Source: Eledone cirrhosa
Taxonomy: Eukaryota
DNA: 64,000 nucleotides
Assembly (NCBI GenBank): GCA_964016885.1
Contig: CAXHJY010001105.1
Location: 310,001-374,000 of the forward strand
Reading direction: 5' to 3'
How positions within the stretch are numbered: the first letter of the stretch is position 1; the number at the start of each line of letters is the position of its first letter. Shown one piece after another: positions 1 to 12,900 of this stretch. Both the position numbers and the translations under genes were made by a program. The notes under the pieces were generated by a model that worked only from the letters and a program-made list of their open reading frames with translations, did not search any database and was not told the origin of the DNA.

Positions 1-700
1 TGGTATGGTGGTGGTATGCTGGTGGGAGTGTTGGTATGGTGGTGGTGGTGGTATGGTGGTGGTAGTGGTGGTGGTAGTGTTGGTTTGGTGGTGGTATGGT
101 GGTGGTGGTATGGTGGTGGTGGTGGTGGTGGTAGTGCTGGTTTGGTGGTGGTGGTGGTGTTGGTATGGTGGTGGTGGTGGTGATGGTAGTGCTGGTATGG
201 TGGTGGTGATGGTAATGCTGGTATGGTGGTGGTGGTGGTGGTAGTGTTAGTGTTGGTATGGTGGTGGTGATGGTATGGTGGTGATGGTGGTGTTGGTATG
301 GTGGTGGTGGTGGTGGTGATGGTATGGTGGTGGTGGTGGTGGTGGTGGTAGTACGGGTTTGGTGGTGGTAGTGTTGGTATGGTGGTGGTGGTGGTGGTAG
401 TGTTGGTATGGTGGTGGTGGTGGAGATGGTAGTGTTGGTATGGGGGTGGTGGTGGTGGAGGTGGTGGTGGTGGTGGAGGTGGTGGTAGTGCTGGTATGGT
501 GGTGGTGGTGGTGTGGAGGTGGTGATGCTAGTGCTGGTATGGTGGTGGAGGTGGTGGTGGTGGTGGTGATGCTAGTGCTGGTATGGTGGTGGAGGTGGTG
601 GTGGTGGTGGTGATGCTAGTGCTGGTATGGTGGTGCAGGTGGTGGTGGTGGTGGTGATGCTAGTGCTGGTATGGTGGTGTAGGTAGTGGTGGTGGTGGTG
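1..700. repeat. Degenerate (GGT)n trinucleotide microsatellite
   Basis: GGT runs interrupted by recurring GTAGTGCTGGTAT / GTAGTGTTGGTAT motifs. Confidence 0.95.
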
Positions 701-840
701 ATAATAATAATAGTTACGATACAGGTAACACTTAAATTGCCGCAGTTACATCCCTTGAATATTGTTTATATTTCTTTTACATAGTTGCCTCCCTTATTCT
801 ATTCAGCGTTGACATGAATCAATACCAGTTATATGTTGTG

Positions 841-917
841 GGTAGTGTGGCTTAGTGGTTAATATTCGGTTCATGATCGTAAGGTTGTGAGTTCGATTCC
901 CAGACAAGGCAGAACGT
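841..917 (+). mobile_element. tRNA-derived SINE head with RNA polymerase III internal promoter
   Basis: A box TGGCTTAGTGG at 848-858 and B box GTTCGATTCC at 891-900 with tRNA-like spacing. It runs directly into TGTGTCCTTGAGCAAG, a CORE-SINE-like motif, and has no acceptor-stem 3' half. Confidence 0.85.
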
Positions 918-3900
918 TGTGTCCTTGAGCAAGAGACTTTATTTCACATTGCACTCCAGTCCACTGTGTCCTTGAGCAAGAGACTTTATTTCACATTGAA
1001 CTCCAGTCCACTGTGTCCTTGAGCAAGAGACTTTATTTCACATTGCACTCCAGTCCACTGTGTCCTTGAGCAAGAGACTTTATTTCAATTGCACTCCAGT
1101 CCACTGTGTCCTTGAGCAAGAGACTATATTTCACATTGCACTCCAGTCCACTGTGTCCTTGAGCAAGAGACTTTATTTCACATTGCACTCCAGTCCACTG
1201 TGTCCTTGAGCAAGAGACTTTATTTCACATTGCACTCCAGTCCACTGTGTCCTTGAGCAAGACACTTTATTTCACATTGCACTCCAGTCCACTGTGTCCT
1301 TGAGCAAGACACTTTATTTCACATTGCACTCCAGTCCACTGTGTCCTGGAGCAAGACACTTTATGCCACATTGCACTCCAGTCCACTGTGTCCATGAGCA
1401 AGACACTTTATTTCACATTGCACTCCAGTCCACTGTGTCCTTGAGCAAGAGACTTTATTTCACATTGCACTCCAGTCCACTGTGTCCTTGAGCAAGACAC
1501 TTTATTTCACATTGCACTCCAGTCCACTGTGTCCTTGAGCAAGACACTTTATTTCACATTGCACTCCAGTCCACTGTGTCCTGGAGCAAGAGACTTTATT
1601 TCACATTGCACTCCGCTCCACTGTGTCCTTGAGCAAGAGACTTTATTTCACATTGCACTCCAGTCCACTGTGTCCTTGAGCAAGACACTTTATTTCACAT
1701 TGCACTCCAGTCCACTGTGTCCTTGAGCAAGACACTTTATTTCACATTGCACTCCAGTCCACTGTGTCCTTGAGCAAGACACTTTATTTCACATTGCACT
1801 CCAGTCCACTGTGTCCTTGAGCAAGAGACTTTATTTCACATTGCACTCCAGTCCACTGTGTCCTTGAGCAAGAGACTTTATTTCACATTGCACTCCAGTC
1901 CACTGTGTCCTTGAACAAGAGACTTTATTTCACATTGCACTCCAGTCCACTGTGTCCTTGAGCAAGAGACTTTATTTCACATTGCACTCCAGTCCACTGT
2001 GTCCTTGAGCAAGAGACTTTATTTCACATTGCACTCCAGTCCACTGTGTCCTTGAGCAAGACACTTTATTTCACATTGCACTCCTGTCCACTGTGTCCTT
2101 GAGCAAGAGACTTTATTTCACATTGCACTCCAGTCCACTGTGTCCTTGAGCAAGAGACTTTATTTCACATTGCACTCCAGTCCACTGTGTCCTTGAGCAA
2201 GAGACTTTATTTCACATTGCACTCCAGTCCACTGTGTCCTTGAGCAAGAGACTTTATTTCACATTGCACTCCAGTCCACTGTGTCCTTGAGCAAGAGACT
2301 TTATTTCACATTGCACTCCAGTCCACTGTGTCCTTGAGCAAGACACTTTATTTCACATTGCACTCCAGTCCACAGTGTCCTTGAGCAAGACACTTTAATT
2401 CACATTGCACACCAGTCCACTGTGTCCTTGAGCAAGACACTTTATTTCACATTGCACTCCAGTCCACTGTGTCCTTGAGCAAGAGACTTTATTTCACATT
2501 GCACTCCAGTCCACTGTGTCCTTGAGCAAGACACTTTATTTCACATTGCACTCCAGTCCACTGTGTCCTTGAGCAAGACACTTTATTTCACATTGCACTC
2601 CAGTCCACTGTGTCCTTGAGCAAGAGACTTTATTTCACATTGCACTCCAGTCCACTGTGTCCTTGAGCAAGAGACTTTATTTCACATTGCACTCCAGTCC
2701 ACTGTGTCCTTGAGCAAGAGACTTTATTTCACATTGCACTCCAGTCCACTGTGTCCTTGAGCAAGAGACATTATTTCACATTGCACTCCAGTCCACTGTG
2801 TCCTTGAGCAAGAGACTTTATTTCACATTGCACTCCAGTCCACTGTGTCCTTGAGCAAGAGACTTTATTTCACATTGCACTCCAGTCCACTGTGTCCTTG
2901 AGCAAGAGACTTTATTTCACATTGCACTCCAGTCCACTGTGTCCTTGAGCAAGAGACTTTATTTCACATTGCACTCCAGTCCACTGTGTCCTTGAGCAAG
3001 AGACTTCATTTCACATTGCACTCCAGTCCACTGTGTCCTTGAGCAAGACACTTTATTTCACATGGCACTCCAGTCCACTGTGTCCTTGAGCAAGAGACTT
3101 TATTTCACATTGCACTCCAGTCCACTGTGTCCTTGAGCAAGAGACTTTATTTCACATTGCACTCCAGTCCACTGTGTCCTTGAGCAAGACACTTTATTTC
3201 ACATTGCACTCCAATCCACTGTGTCCTTGAGCAAGACACTTTATTTCACATTGCACTCCAGTCCACTGTGTCCTTGAGCAAGAGACTTTATTTCACATTG
3301 CACTCCAGTCCACTGTGTCCTTGAGCAAGACACTTTATTTCACATTGCACTCCAGTCCACTGTGTCCTTGAGCAAGAGACTTTATTTCACATTGCACTCC
3401 AGTCCACTGTGTCCTTGAGCAAGAGACTTTATTTCACATTGCACTCCAGTCCACTGTGTCCTTGAGCAAGACACTTTATTTCACATTGCACTCCAGTCCA
3501 CTGTGTCCTTGAGCAAGAGACTTTATTTCACATTGCACTCCAGTCCACTGTGTCCTTGAGCAAGAGACTTTATTTCACATTGCACTCCAGTCCACTGTGT
3601 CCTTGAGCAAGACACTTTATTTCACATTGCACTCCAGTCCACTGTGTCCTTGAGCAAGAGACTTTATTTCACATTGCACTCCAGTCCACTGTGTCCTTGA
3701 GCAAGAGACTTTATTTCACATTGCACTCCAGTCCACTGTGTCCTTGAGCAAGACACTTTATTTCACATTGCACTCCAGTCCACTGTGTCCTTGAGCAAGA
3801 GACTTTATTTCACATTGCATTCCAGTCCACTGTGTCCTTGAGCAAGAGACTTTATTTCACATTGCACTCCAGTCCACTGTGTCCTTGAGCAAGAGACTTT

Positions 3901-6900
3901 ATTTCACATTGCACTCCAGTCCACTGTGTCCTTGAGCAAGAGACTTTATTTCACATTGCACTCCAGTCCACTGTGTCCTTGAGCAAGAGACTTTATTTCA
4001 CATTGCACTCCAGTCCACTGTGTCCTTGAGCAAGAGACTTTATTTCACATTGCACTCCAGTCCACTGTGTCCTTGAGCAAGAGACTTTATTTCACATTGC
4101 ACTCCAGTCCACTGTGTCCTTGAGCAAGACACTTTATTTCACATTGCACTCCAGTCCACTGTGTCCTTGAGCAAGAGACTTTATTTCACATTGCACTCCA
4201 GTCCACTGTGTCCTTGAGCAAGAGACTTTATTTCACATTGCACTCCAGTCCACTGTGTCCTTGAGCAAGACACTTTATTTCACATTGCACTCCAGTCCAC
4301 TGTGTCCTTGAGCAAGAGACTTTATTTCACATTGCACTCCAGTCCACTGTGTCCTTGAGCAAGAGACTTTATTTCACATTGCACTCCAGTCCACTGTGTC
4401 CTTGAGCAAGACACTTTATTTCACATTGCACTCCAGTCCACTGTGTCCTTGAGCAAGAGACTTTATTTCACATTGCACTCCAGTCCACTGTGTCCTTGAG
4501 CAAGAGACTTTATTTCACATTGCACTCCAGTCCACTGTGTCCTTGAGCAAGACACTTTATTTCACATTGCACTCCAGTCCACTGTGTCCTTGAGCAAGAG
4601 ACTTTATTTCACATTGCACTCCAGTCCACTGTGTCCTTGAGCAAGAGACTTTATTTCACATTGCACTCCAGTCCACTGTGTCCTTGAGCAAGACACTTTA
4701 TTTCACATTGCACTACAGTCCACTGTGTCCTTGAGCAAGAGACTTTATTTCACATTGCACTCCAGTCCACTGTGTCCTTGAGCAAGAGACTTTATTTCAC
4801 ATTGCACTCCAGTCCACTGTGTCCTTGAGCAAGACACTTTATTTCACACTGAACTCCAGTCCACTGTGTCCTTGAGCAAGAGACTTTATTTCACATTGCA
4901 CTCCAGTCCACTGTGTCCTTGAGCAAGAGACTTTATTTCACATTGCACTCCAGTCCACTGTGTCCTTGAGCAAGACACTTTATTTCACATTGCACTCCAG
5001 TCCACTGTGTCCTTGAGCAAGAGACTTTATTTCACATTGCACTCCAGTCCACTGTGTCCTTGAGCAAGACACTTTATTTCACATTGCACTCCAGTCCACT
5101 GTGTCCTTGAGCAAGAGACTTTATTTCACATTGCACTCCAGTCCACTGTGTCCTTGAGCAAGAGACTTTATTTCAATTGCACTCCAGTCCACTGTGTCCT
5201 TGAGCAAGAGACTTTATTTCACATTGCACTCCAGTCCATTGTGTCCTTGAGCAAGAGACTTTATTTCACATTGCACTCCAGTCCACTGTGTCCTTGAGCA
5301 AGAGACTTTATTTCACATTGCACTCCAGTCCACTGTGTCCTTGAGCAAGAGACTTTATTTCACATTGCACTCCAGTCCACTGTGTCCTTGAGCAAGACAC
5401 TTTATGCCACATTGCACTCCAGTCCACTGTGTCCTTGAGCAAGACACTTTATTTCACATTGCACTCCAGTCCACTGTGTCCTTGAGCAAGAGACTTTATT
5501 TCACATTGCACTCCAGTCCACTGTGTCCTTGAGCAAGACACTTTATTTCACATTGCACTCCAGTCCACTGCGTCCTTGAGCAAGAGACTTTATTTCAATT
5601 GCACTCCAGTCCACTGTGTCCTTGAGCAAGACACTTTATTTCACATTGCACTCCAGTCCACTGTGTCCTTGAGCAAGACACTTTATTTCACATTGCACTC
5701 CAGTCCACTGTGTCCTTGAGCAAGAGACTTTATTTCACATTGCACTCCAGTCCACTGTGTCCTTGAGCAAGACACTTTATTTCACATTGCACTCCAGTCC
5801 ACTGTGTCCTTGAGCAAGAGACTTTATTTCACATTGAACTCCAGTCCACTGTGTCCTTGAGCAAGAGACTTTATTTCACATTGCACTCCAGTCCACTGTG
5901 TCCTTGAGCAAGAGACTTTATTTCAATTGCACTCCAGTCCACTGTGTCCTTGAGCAAGAGACTATATTTCACATTGCACTCCAGTCCACTGTGTCCTTGA
6001 GCAAGAGACTTTATTTCACATTGCACTCCAGTCCACTGTGTCCTTGAGCAAGAGACTTTATTTCACATTGCACTCCAGTCCGCTGTGTCCTTGAGCAAGA
6101 CACTTTATTTCACATTGCACTCCAGTCCACTGTGTCCTTGAGCAAGAGACTTTATTTCACATTGCACTCCAGTCCACTGTGTCCTTGAGCAAGACACTTT
6201 ATTTCACATTGCACTCCAGTCCACTGTGTCCTTGAGCAAGACACTTTATTTCACATTGCACTCCAGTCCACTGTGTCCTTGAGCAAGACACTTTATTTCA
6301 ATTGCACTCCAGTCCACTGTGTCCTTGAGCAAGAGACTTTATTTCACATTGCACTCCAGTCCACTGTGTCCTTGAGCAAGAGACTTTATTTCACATTGCA
6401 CTCCAGTCCACTGTGTCCTTGAGCAAGAGACTTTATTTCACATTGCACTCCAGTCCACTGTGTCCTTGAGCAAGAGACTTTATTTCAATTGCACTCCAGT
6501 CCACTGTGTCCTTGAGCAAGAGACTTTATTTCACATTGCACTCCAGTCCACTGTGTCCTTGAGCAAGAGACTTTATTTCACATTGCACTCCAGTCCACTG
6601 TGTCCTTGAGCAAGAGACTTTATTTCACATTGCACTCCAGTCCACTGTGTCCTTGAGCAAGACACTTTATGCCACATTGCACTCCAGTCCATTGTGTCCA
6701 TGAGCAAGACACTTTATTTCACATTGCACTCCAGTCCACTGTGTCCTTGAGCAAGAGACTTTATTTCACATTGCACTCCAGTCCACTGTGTCCTTGAGCA
6801 AGACACTTTATTTCACATTGCACTCCAGTCCACTGTGTCCTTGAGCAAGACACTTTATTTCACATTGCACTCCAGTCCACTGTGTCCTGGAGCAAGAGAC

Positions 6901-9900
6901 TTTATTTCACATTGCACACCAGTCCACTGTGTCCTTGAGCAAGAGACTTTATTTCACATTGCACTCCAGTCCACTGTGTCCTTGAGCAAGACACTTTATT
7001 TCACATTGCACTCCAGTCCACTGTGTCCTTGAGCAAGACACTTTATTTCACATTGCACTCCAGTCCACTGTGTCCTTGAGCAAGACACTTTATTTCACAT
7101 TGCACTCCAGTCCACTGTGTCCTTGAGCAAGACACTTTATTTCACATTGCACTCCAGTCCACTGTGTCCTTGAGCAAGAGACTTTATTTCACATTGCACT
7201 CCAGTCCACTGTGTCCTTGAGCAAGAGACTTTATTTCACATTGCACTCCAGTCCACTGTGTCCTTGAGCAAGACACTTTATTTCACATTGCACTCCAGTC
7301 CACTGTGTCCTTGAGCAAGAGACTTTATTTCACATTGCACTCCAGTCCACTGTCTCCTTGAGCAAGACACTTTATTTCACATTGCACTCCAGTCCACTGT
7401 GTCCTTGAGCAAGACACTTTATTTCACATTGCACTCCAGTCCACTGTGTCCTTGAGCAAGACACTTTATTTCAATTGCACTCCAGTCCACTGTGTCCTTG
7501 AGCAAGAGACTTTATTTCACATTGCACTCCAGTCCACTGTGTCCTTGAGCAAGAGACTTTATTTCACATTGCACTCCAGTCCACTGTGTCCTTGAGCAAG
7601 AGACTTTATTTCACATTGCACTCCAGTCCACTGTGTCCTTGAGCAAGAGACTTTATTTCAATTGCACTCCAGTCCACTGTGTCCTTGAGCAAGAGACTTT
7701 ATTTCACATTGCACTCCAGTCCACTGTGTCCTTGAGCAAGAGACTTTATTTCACATTGCACTCCAGTCCACTGTGTCCTTGAGCAAGAGACTTTATTTCA
7801 CATTGCACTCCAGTCCACTGTGTCCTTGAGCAAGAGACTTTATTTCCCATTGCACTCCAGTCCACTGTGTCCTTGAGCAAGACACTTTATGCCACATTGC
7901 ACTCCAGTCCACTGTGTCCATGAGCAAGACACTTTATTTCACATTGCACTCCAGTCCACTGTGTCCTTGAGCAAGAGACTTTATTTCACATTGCACTCCA
8001 GTCCACTGTGTCCTTGAGCAAGACACTTTATTTCACATTGCACTCCAGTCCACTGTGTCCTTGAGCAAGACACTTTATTTCACATTGCACTCCAGTCCAC
8101 TGTGTCCTGGAGCAAGAGACTTTATTTCACATTGCACTCCACTCCACTGTGTCCTTGAGCAAGAGACTTTATTTCACATTGCACTCCAGTCCACTGTGTC
8201 CTTGAGCAAGACACTTTATTTCACATTGCACTCCAGTCCACTGTGTCCTTGAGCAAGACACTTTATTTCACATTGCACTCCAGTCCACTGTGTCCTTGAG
8301 CAAGACACTTTATTTCACATTGCACTCCAGTCCACTGTGTCCTTGAGCAAGAGACTTTATTTCACATTGCACTCCAGTCCACTGTGTCCTTGAGCAAGAG
8401 ACTTTATTTCACATTGCACTCCAGTCCACTGTGTCCTTGAACAAGAGACTTTATTTCACATTGCACTCCAGTCCACTGTGTCCTTGAACAAGACACTTTA
8501 TTTCACATTGCACTCCAGTCCACTGTGTCCTTGAGCAAGAGACATTATTTCACATTGCACTCCAGTCCACTGTGTCCTTGAGCAAGAGACTTTATTTCAC
8601 ATTGCACTCCAGTCCACTGTGTCCTTGAGCAAGACACTTTATTTCACATTGCACTCCAGTCCACTGTGTCCTTGAGCAAGACACTTTATTTCACATTGCA
8701 CTCCAGTCCACTGTGTCCTTGAGCAAGAGACTTTATTTCACATTGCACTCCAGTCCACTGTGTCCTTGAGCAAGAGACTTTATTTCACATTGCACTCCAG
8801 TCCACTGTGTCCTTGAGCAAGAGACTTTATTTCACATTGCACTCCAGTCCACTGTGTCCTTGAGCAAGAGACTTTATTTCACATTGCACTCCAGTCCACT
8901 GTGTCCTTGAGCAAGACACTTTATTTCACATTGCACTCCAGTCCACTGTGTCCTTGAGCAAGACACTTTAATTCACATTGCACACCAGTCCACTGTGTCC
9001 TTGAGCAAGACACTTTATTTCACATTGCACTCCAGTCCACTGTGTCCTTGAGCAAGAGACTTTATTTCACATTGCACTCCAGTCCACTGTGTCCTTGAGC
9101 AAGACACTTTATTTCACATTGCACTCCAGTCCACTGTGTCCTTGAGCAAGACACTTTATTTCACATTGCACTCCAGTCCACTGTGTCCTTGAGCAAGAGA
9201 CTTTATTTCACATTGCACTCCAGTCCACTGTGTCCTTGAGCAAGAGACTTTATTTCACATTGCACTCCAGTCCACTGTGTCCTTGAGCAAGAGACTTTAT
9301 TTCACATTGCACTCCAGTCCACTGTGTCCTTGAGCAAGAGACTTTATTTCACATTGCACTCCAGTCCACTGTGTCCTTGAGCAAGAGACTTTATTTCACA
9401 TTGCACTCCAGTCCACTGTGTCCTTGAGCAAGAGACTTTATTTCACATTGGAACTCCAGTCCACTGTGTCCTTGAGCAAGAGACTTTATTTCACATTGCA
9501 CTCCAGTCCACTGTGTCCTTGAGCAAGAGACTTTATTTCACATTGCACTCCAGTCCACTGTGTCCTTGAGCAAGAGACTTTATTTCACATTGCACTCCAG
9601 TCCACTGTGTCCTTGAGCAAGACACTTTATTTCACATGGCACTCCAGTCCACTGTGTCCTTGAGCAAGAGACTTTATTTCACATTGCACTCCAGTCCACT
9701 GTGTCCTTGAGCAAGAGACTTTATTTCACATTGCACTCCAGTCCACTGTGTCCTTGAGCAAGACACTTTATTTCACATTGCACTCCAATCCACTGTGTCC
9801 TTGAGCAAGACACTTTATTTCACATTGCACTCCAGTCCACTGTGTCCTTGAGCAAGAGACTTTATTTCACATTGCACTCCAGTCCACTGTGTCCTTGAGC

Positions 9901-12900
9901 AAGACACTTTATTTCACATTGCACTCCAGTCCACTGTGTCCTTGAGCAAGAGACTTTATTTCACATTGCACTCCAGTCCACTGTGTCCTTGAGCAAGAGA
10001 CTTTATTTCACATTGCACTCCAGTCCACTGTGTCCTTGAGCAAGACACTTTATTTCACATTGCACTCCAGTCCACTGTGTCCTTGAGCAAGAGACTTTAT
10101 TTCACATTGCACTCCAGTCCACTCTGTCCTTGAGCAAGAGACTTTATTTCACATTGCACTCCAGTCCACTGTGTCCTTGAGCAAGACACTTTATTTCACA
10201 TTGCACTCCAGTCCACTGTGTCCTTGAGCAAGAGACTTTATTTCACATTGCACTCCAGTCCACTGTGTCCTTGAGCAAGAGACTTTATTTCACATTGCAC
10301 TCCAGTCCACTGTGTCCTTGAGCAAGACACTTTATTTCACATTGCACTCCAGTCCACTGTGTCCTTGAGCAAGAGACTTTATTTCACATTGCATTCCAGT
10401 CCACTGTGTCCTTGAGCAAGAGACTTTATTTCACATTGCACTCCAGTCCACTGTGTCCTTGAGCAAGAGACTTTATTTCACATTGCACTCCAGTCCACTG
10501 TGTCCTTGAGCAAGAGACTTTATTTCACATTGCACTCCAGTCCACTGTGTCCTTGAGCAAGAGACTTTATTTCACATTGCACTCCAGTCCACTGTGTCCT
10601 TGAGCAAGAGACTTTATTTCACATTGCACTCCAGTCCACTGTGTCCTTGAGCAAGAGACTTTATTTCACATTGCACTCCAGTCCACTGTGTCCTTGAGCA
10701 AGACACTTTATTTCATATTGCACTCCAGTCCACTGTGTCCTTGAGCAAGAGACTTTATTTCACATTGCACTCCAGTCCACTGTGTCCTTGAGCAAGAGAC
10801 TTTATTTCACATTGCACTCCAGTCCACTGTGTCCTTGAGCAAGCCACTTTATTTCACATTGCACTCCAGTCCACTGTGTCCTTGAGCAAGAGACTTTATT
10901 TCACATTGCACTCCAGTCCACTGTGTCCTTGAGCAAGAGACTTTATTTCACATTGCACTCCACTCCACTGTGTCCTTGAGCAAGACACTTTATTTCACAT
11001 TGCACTCCAGTCGACTGTGTCCTTGAGCAAGACACTTTATTTCACATTGCACTCCAGTCCACTGTGTCCTTGAGCAAGAGACTTTATTTCACATTGCACT
11101 CCAGTCCACTGTGTCCTTGAGCAAGACACTTTATTTCACATTGCACTCCAGTCCACTGTGTCCTTGAGCAAGAGACTTTATTTCACATTGCACTCCAGTC
11201 CACTGTGTCCTTGAGCAAGAGACTTTATTTCACATTGCACTCCAGTCCACTGTGTCCTTGAGCAAGACACTTTATTTCACATTGCACTCCAGTCCACTGT
11301 GTCCTTGAGCAAGAGACTTTATTTCACATTGCACTCCAGTCCACTGTGTCCTTGAGCAAGAGACTTTATTTCACATTGCACTCCAGTCCACTGTGTCCTT
11401 GAGCAAGACACTTTATTTCACATTGAACTCCAGTCCACTGTGTCCTTGAGCAAGAGACTTTATTTCACATTGCACTCCAGTCCACTGTGTCCTTGAGCAA
11501 GAGACTTTATTTCACATTGCACTCCAGTCCACTGTGTCCTTGAGCAAGACACTTTATTTCACATTGCACTCCAGTCCACTGTGTCCTTGAGCAAGAGACT
11601 TTATTTCACATTGCACTCCAGTCCACTGTGTCCTTGAGCAAGAGACTTTATTTCACATTGCACTCCAGTCCACTGTGTCCTTGAGCAAGAGACTTTATTT
11701 CACATTGCACTCCAGTCCACTGTGTCCTTGAGCATGAGACTTTATTTCAATTGCACTCCAGTCCACTGTGTCCTTGAGCAAGAGACTTTATTTCACATTG
11801 CACTCCAGTCCATTGTGTCCTTAAGCAAGAGACTTTATTTCACATTGCACTCCAGTCCACTGTGTCCTTGAGCAAGAGACTTTATTTCACATTGCACTCC
11901 AGTCCACTGTGTCCTTGAGCAAGAGACTTTATTTCACATTGCACTCCAGTCCACTGTGTCCTTGAGCAAGACACTTTATGCCACATTGCACTCCAGTCCA
12001 CTGTGTCCTTGAGCAAGACACTTTATTTCACATTGCACTCCAGTCCACTGTGTCCTTGAGCAAGAGACTTTATTTCACATTGCACTCCAGTCCACTGTGT
12101 CCTTGAGCAAGACACTTTATTTCACATTGCACTCCAGTCCACTGTGTCCTTGAGCAAGACACTTTATTTCACATTGCACTCCAGTCCACGGTGTCCTTGA
12201 GCAAGAGACTTTATTTCACATTGCACTCCAGTCCACTGTGTCCTTGAGCAAGAGACTTTATTTCACATTGCACTCCAATCCACTGTGTCCTTGAGCAAGA
12301 GACTTTATTTCACATTGCACTCCAGTCCACTGTGTCCTTGAGCAAGAGACTTTATTTCACATTGCACTCCAGTCCACTGTGTCCTTGAGCAAGAGACTTT
12401 ATTTCACGTTTCACTCCAGTCCACTGTGTCCTTGAGCAAGACACTTTATTTCACATTGCACTCCAGTCCACTGTGTCCTTGAGCAAGACACTTTAATTCA
12501 CATTGCACACCAGTCCACTGTGTCCTTGAGCAAGACACTTTATTTCACATTGCACTCCAGTCCACTGTGTCCTTGAGCAAGAGACTTTATTTCACATTGC
12601 ACTCCAGTCCACTGTGTCCTTGAGCAAGACACTTTATGCCACATTGCACTCCAGTCCACTGTGTCCTTGAGCAAGACACTTTATTTCACATTGCACTCCA
12701 GTCCACTGTGTCCTTGAGCAAGAGACTTTATTTCACATTGCACTCCAGTCCACTGTGTCCTTGAGCAAGACACTTTATTTCACATTGCACTCCAGTCCAC
12801 TGTGTCCTTGAGCAAGACACTTTATTTCACATTGCACTCCAGTCCACGGTGTCCTTGAGCAAGAGACTTTATTTCACATTGCACTCCAGTCCACTGTGTC

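Noticed and set aside
841-917. Functional tRNA gene
   Set aside because: A and B boxes are present but there is no proper cloverleaf or acceptor stem, and it continues into SINE core sequence.
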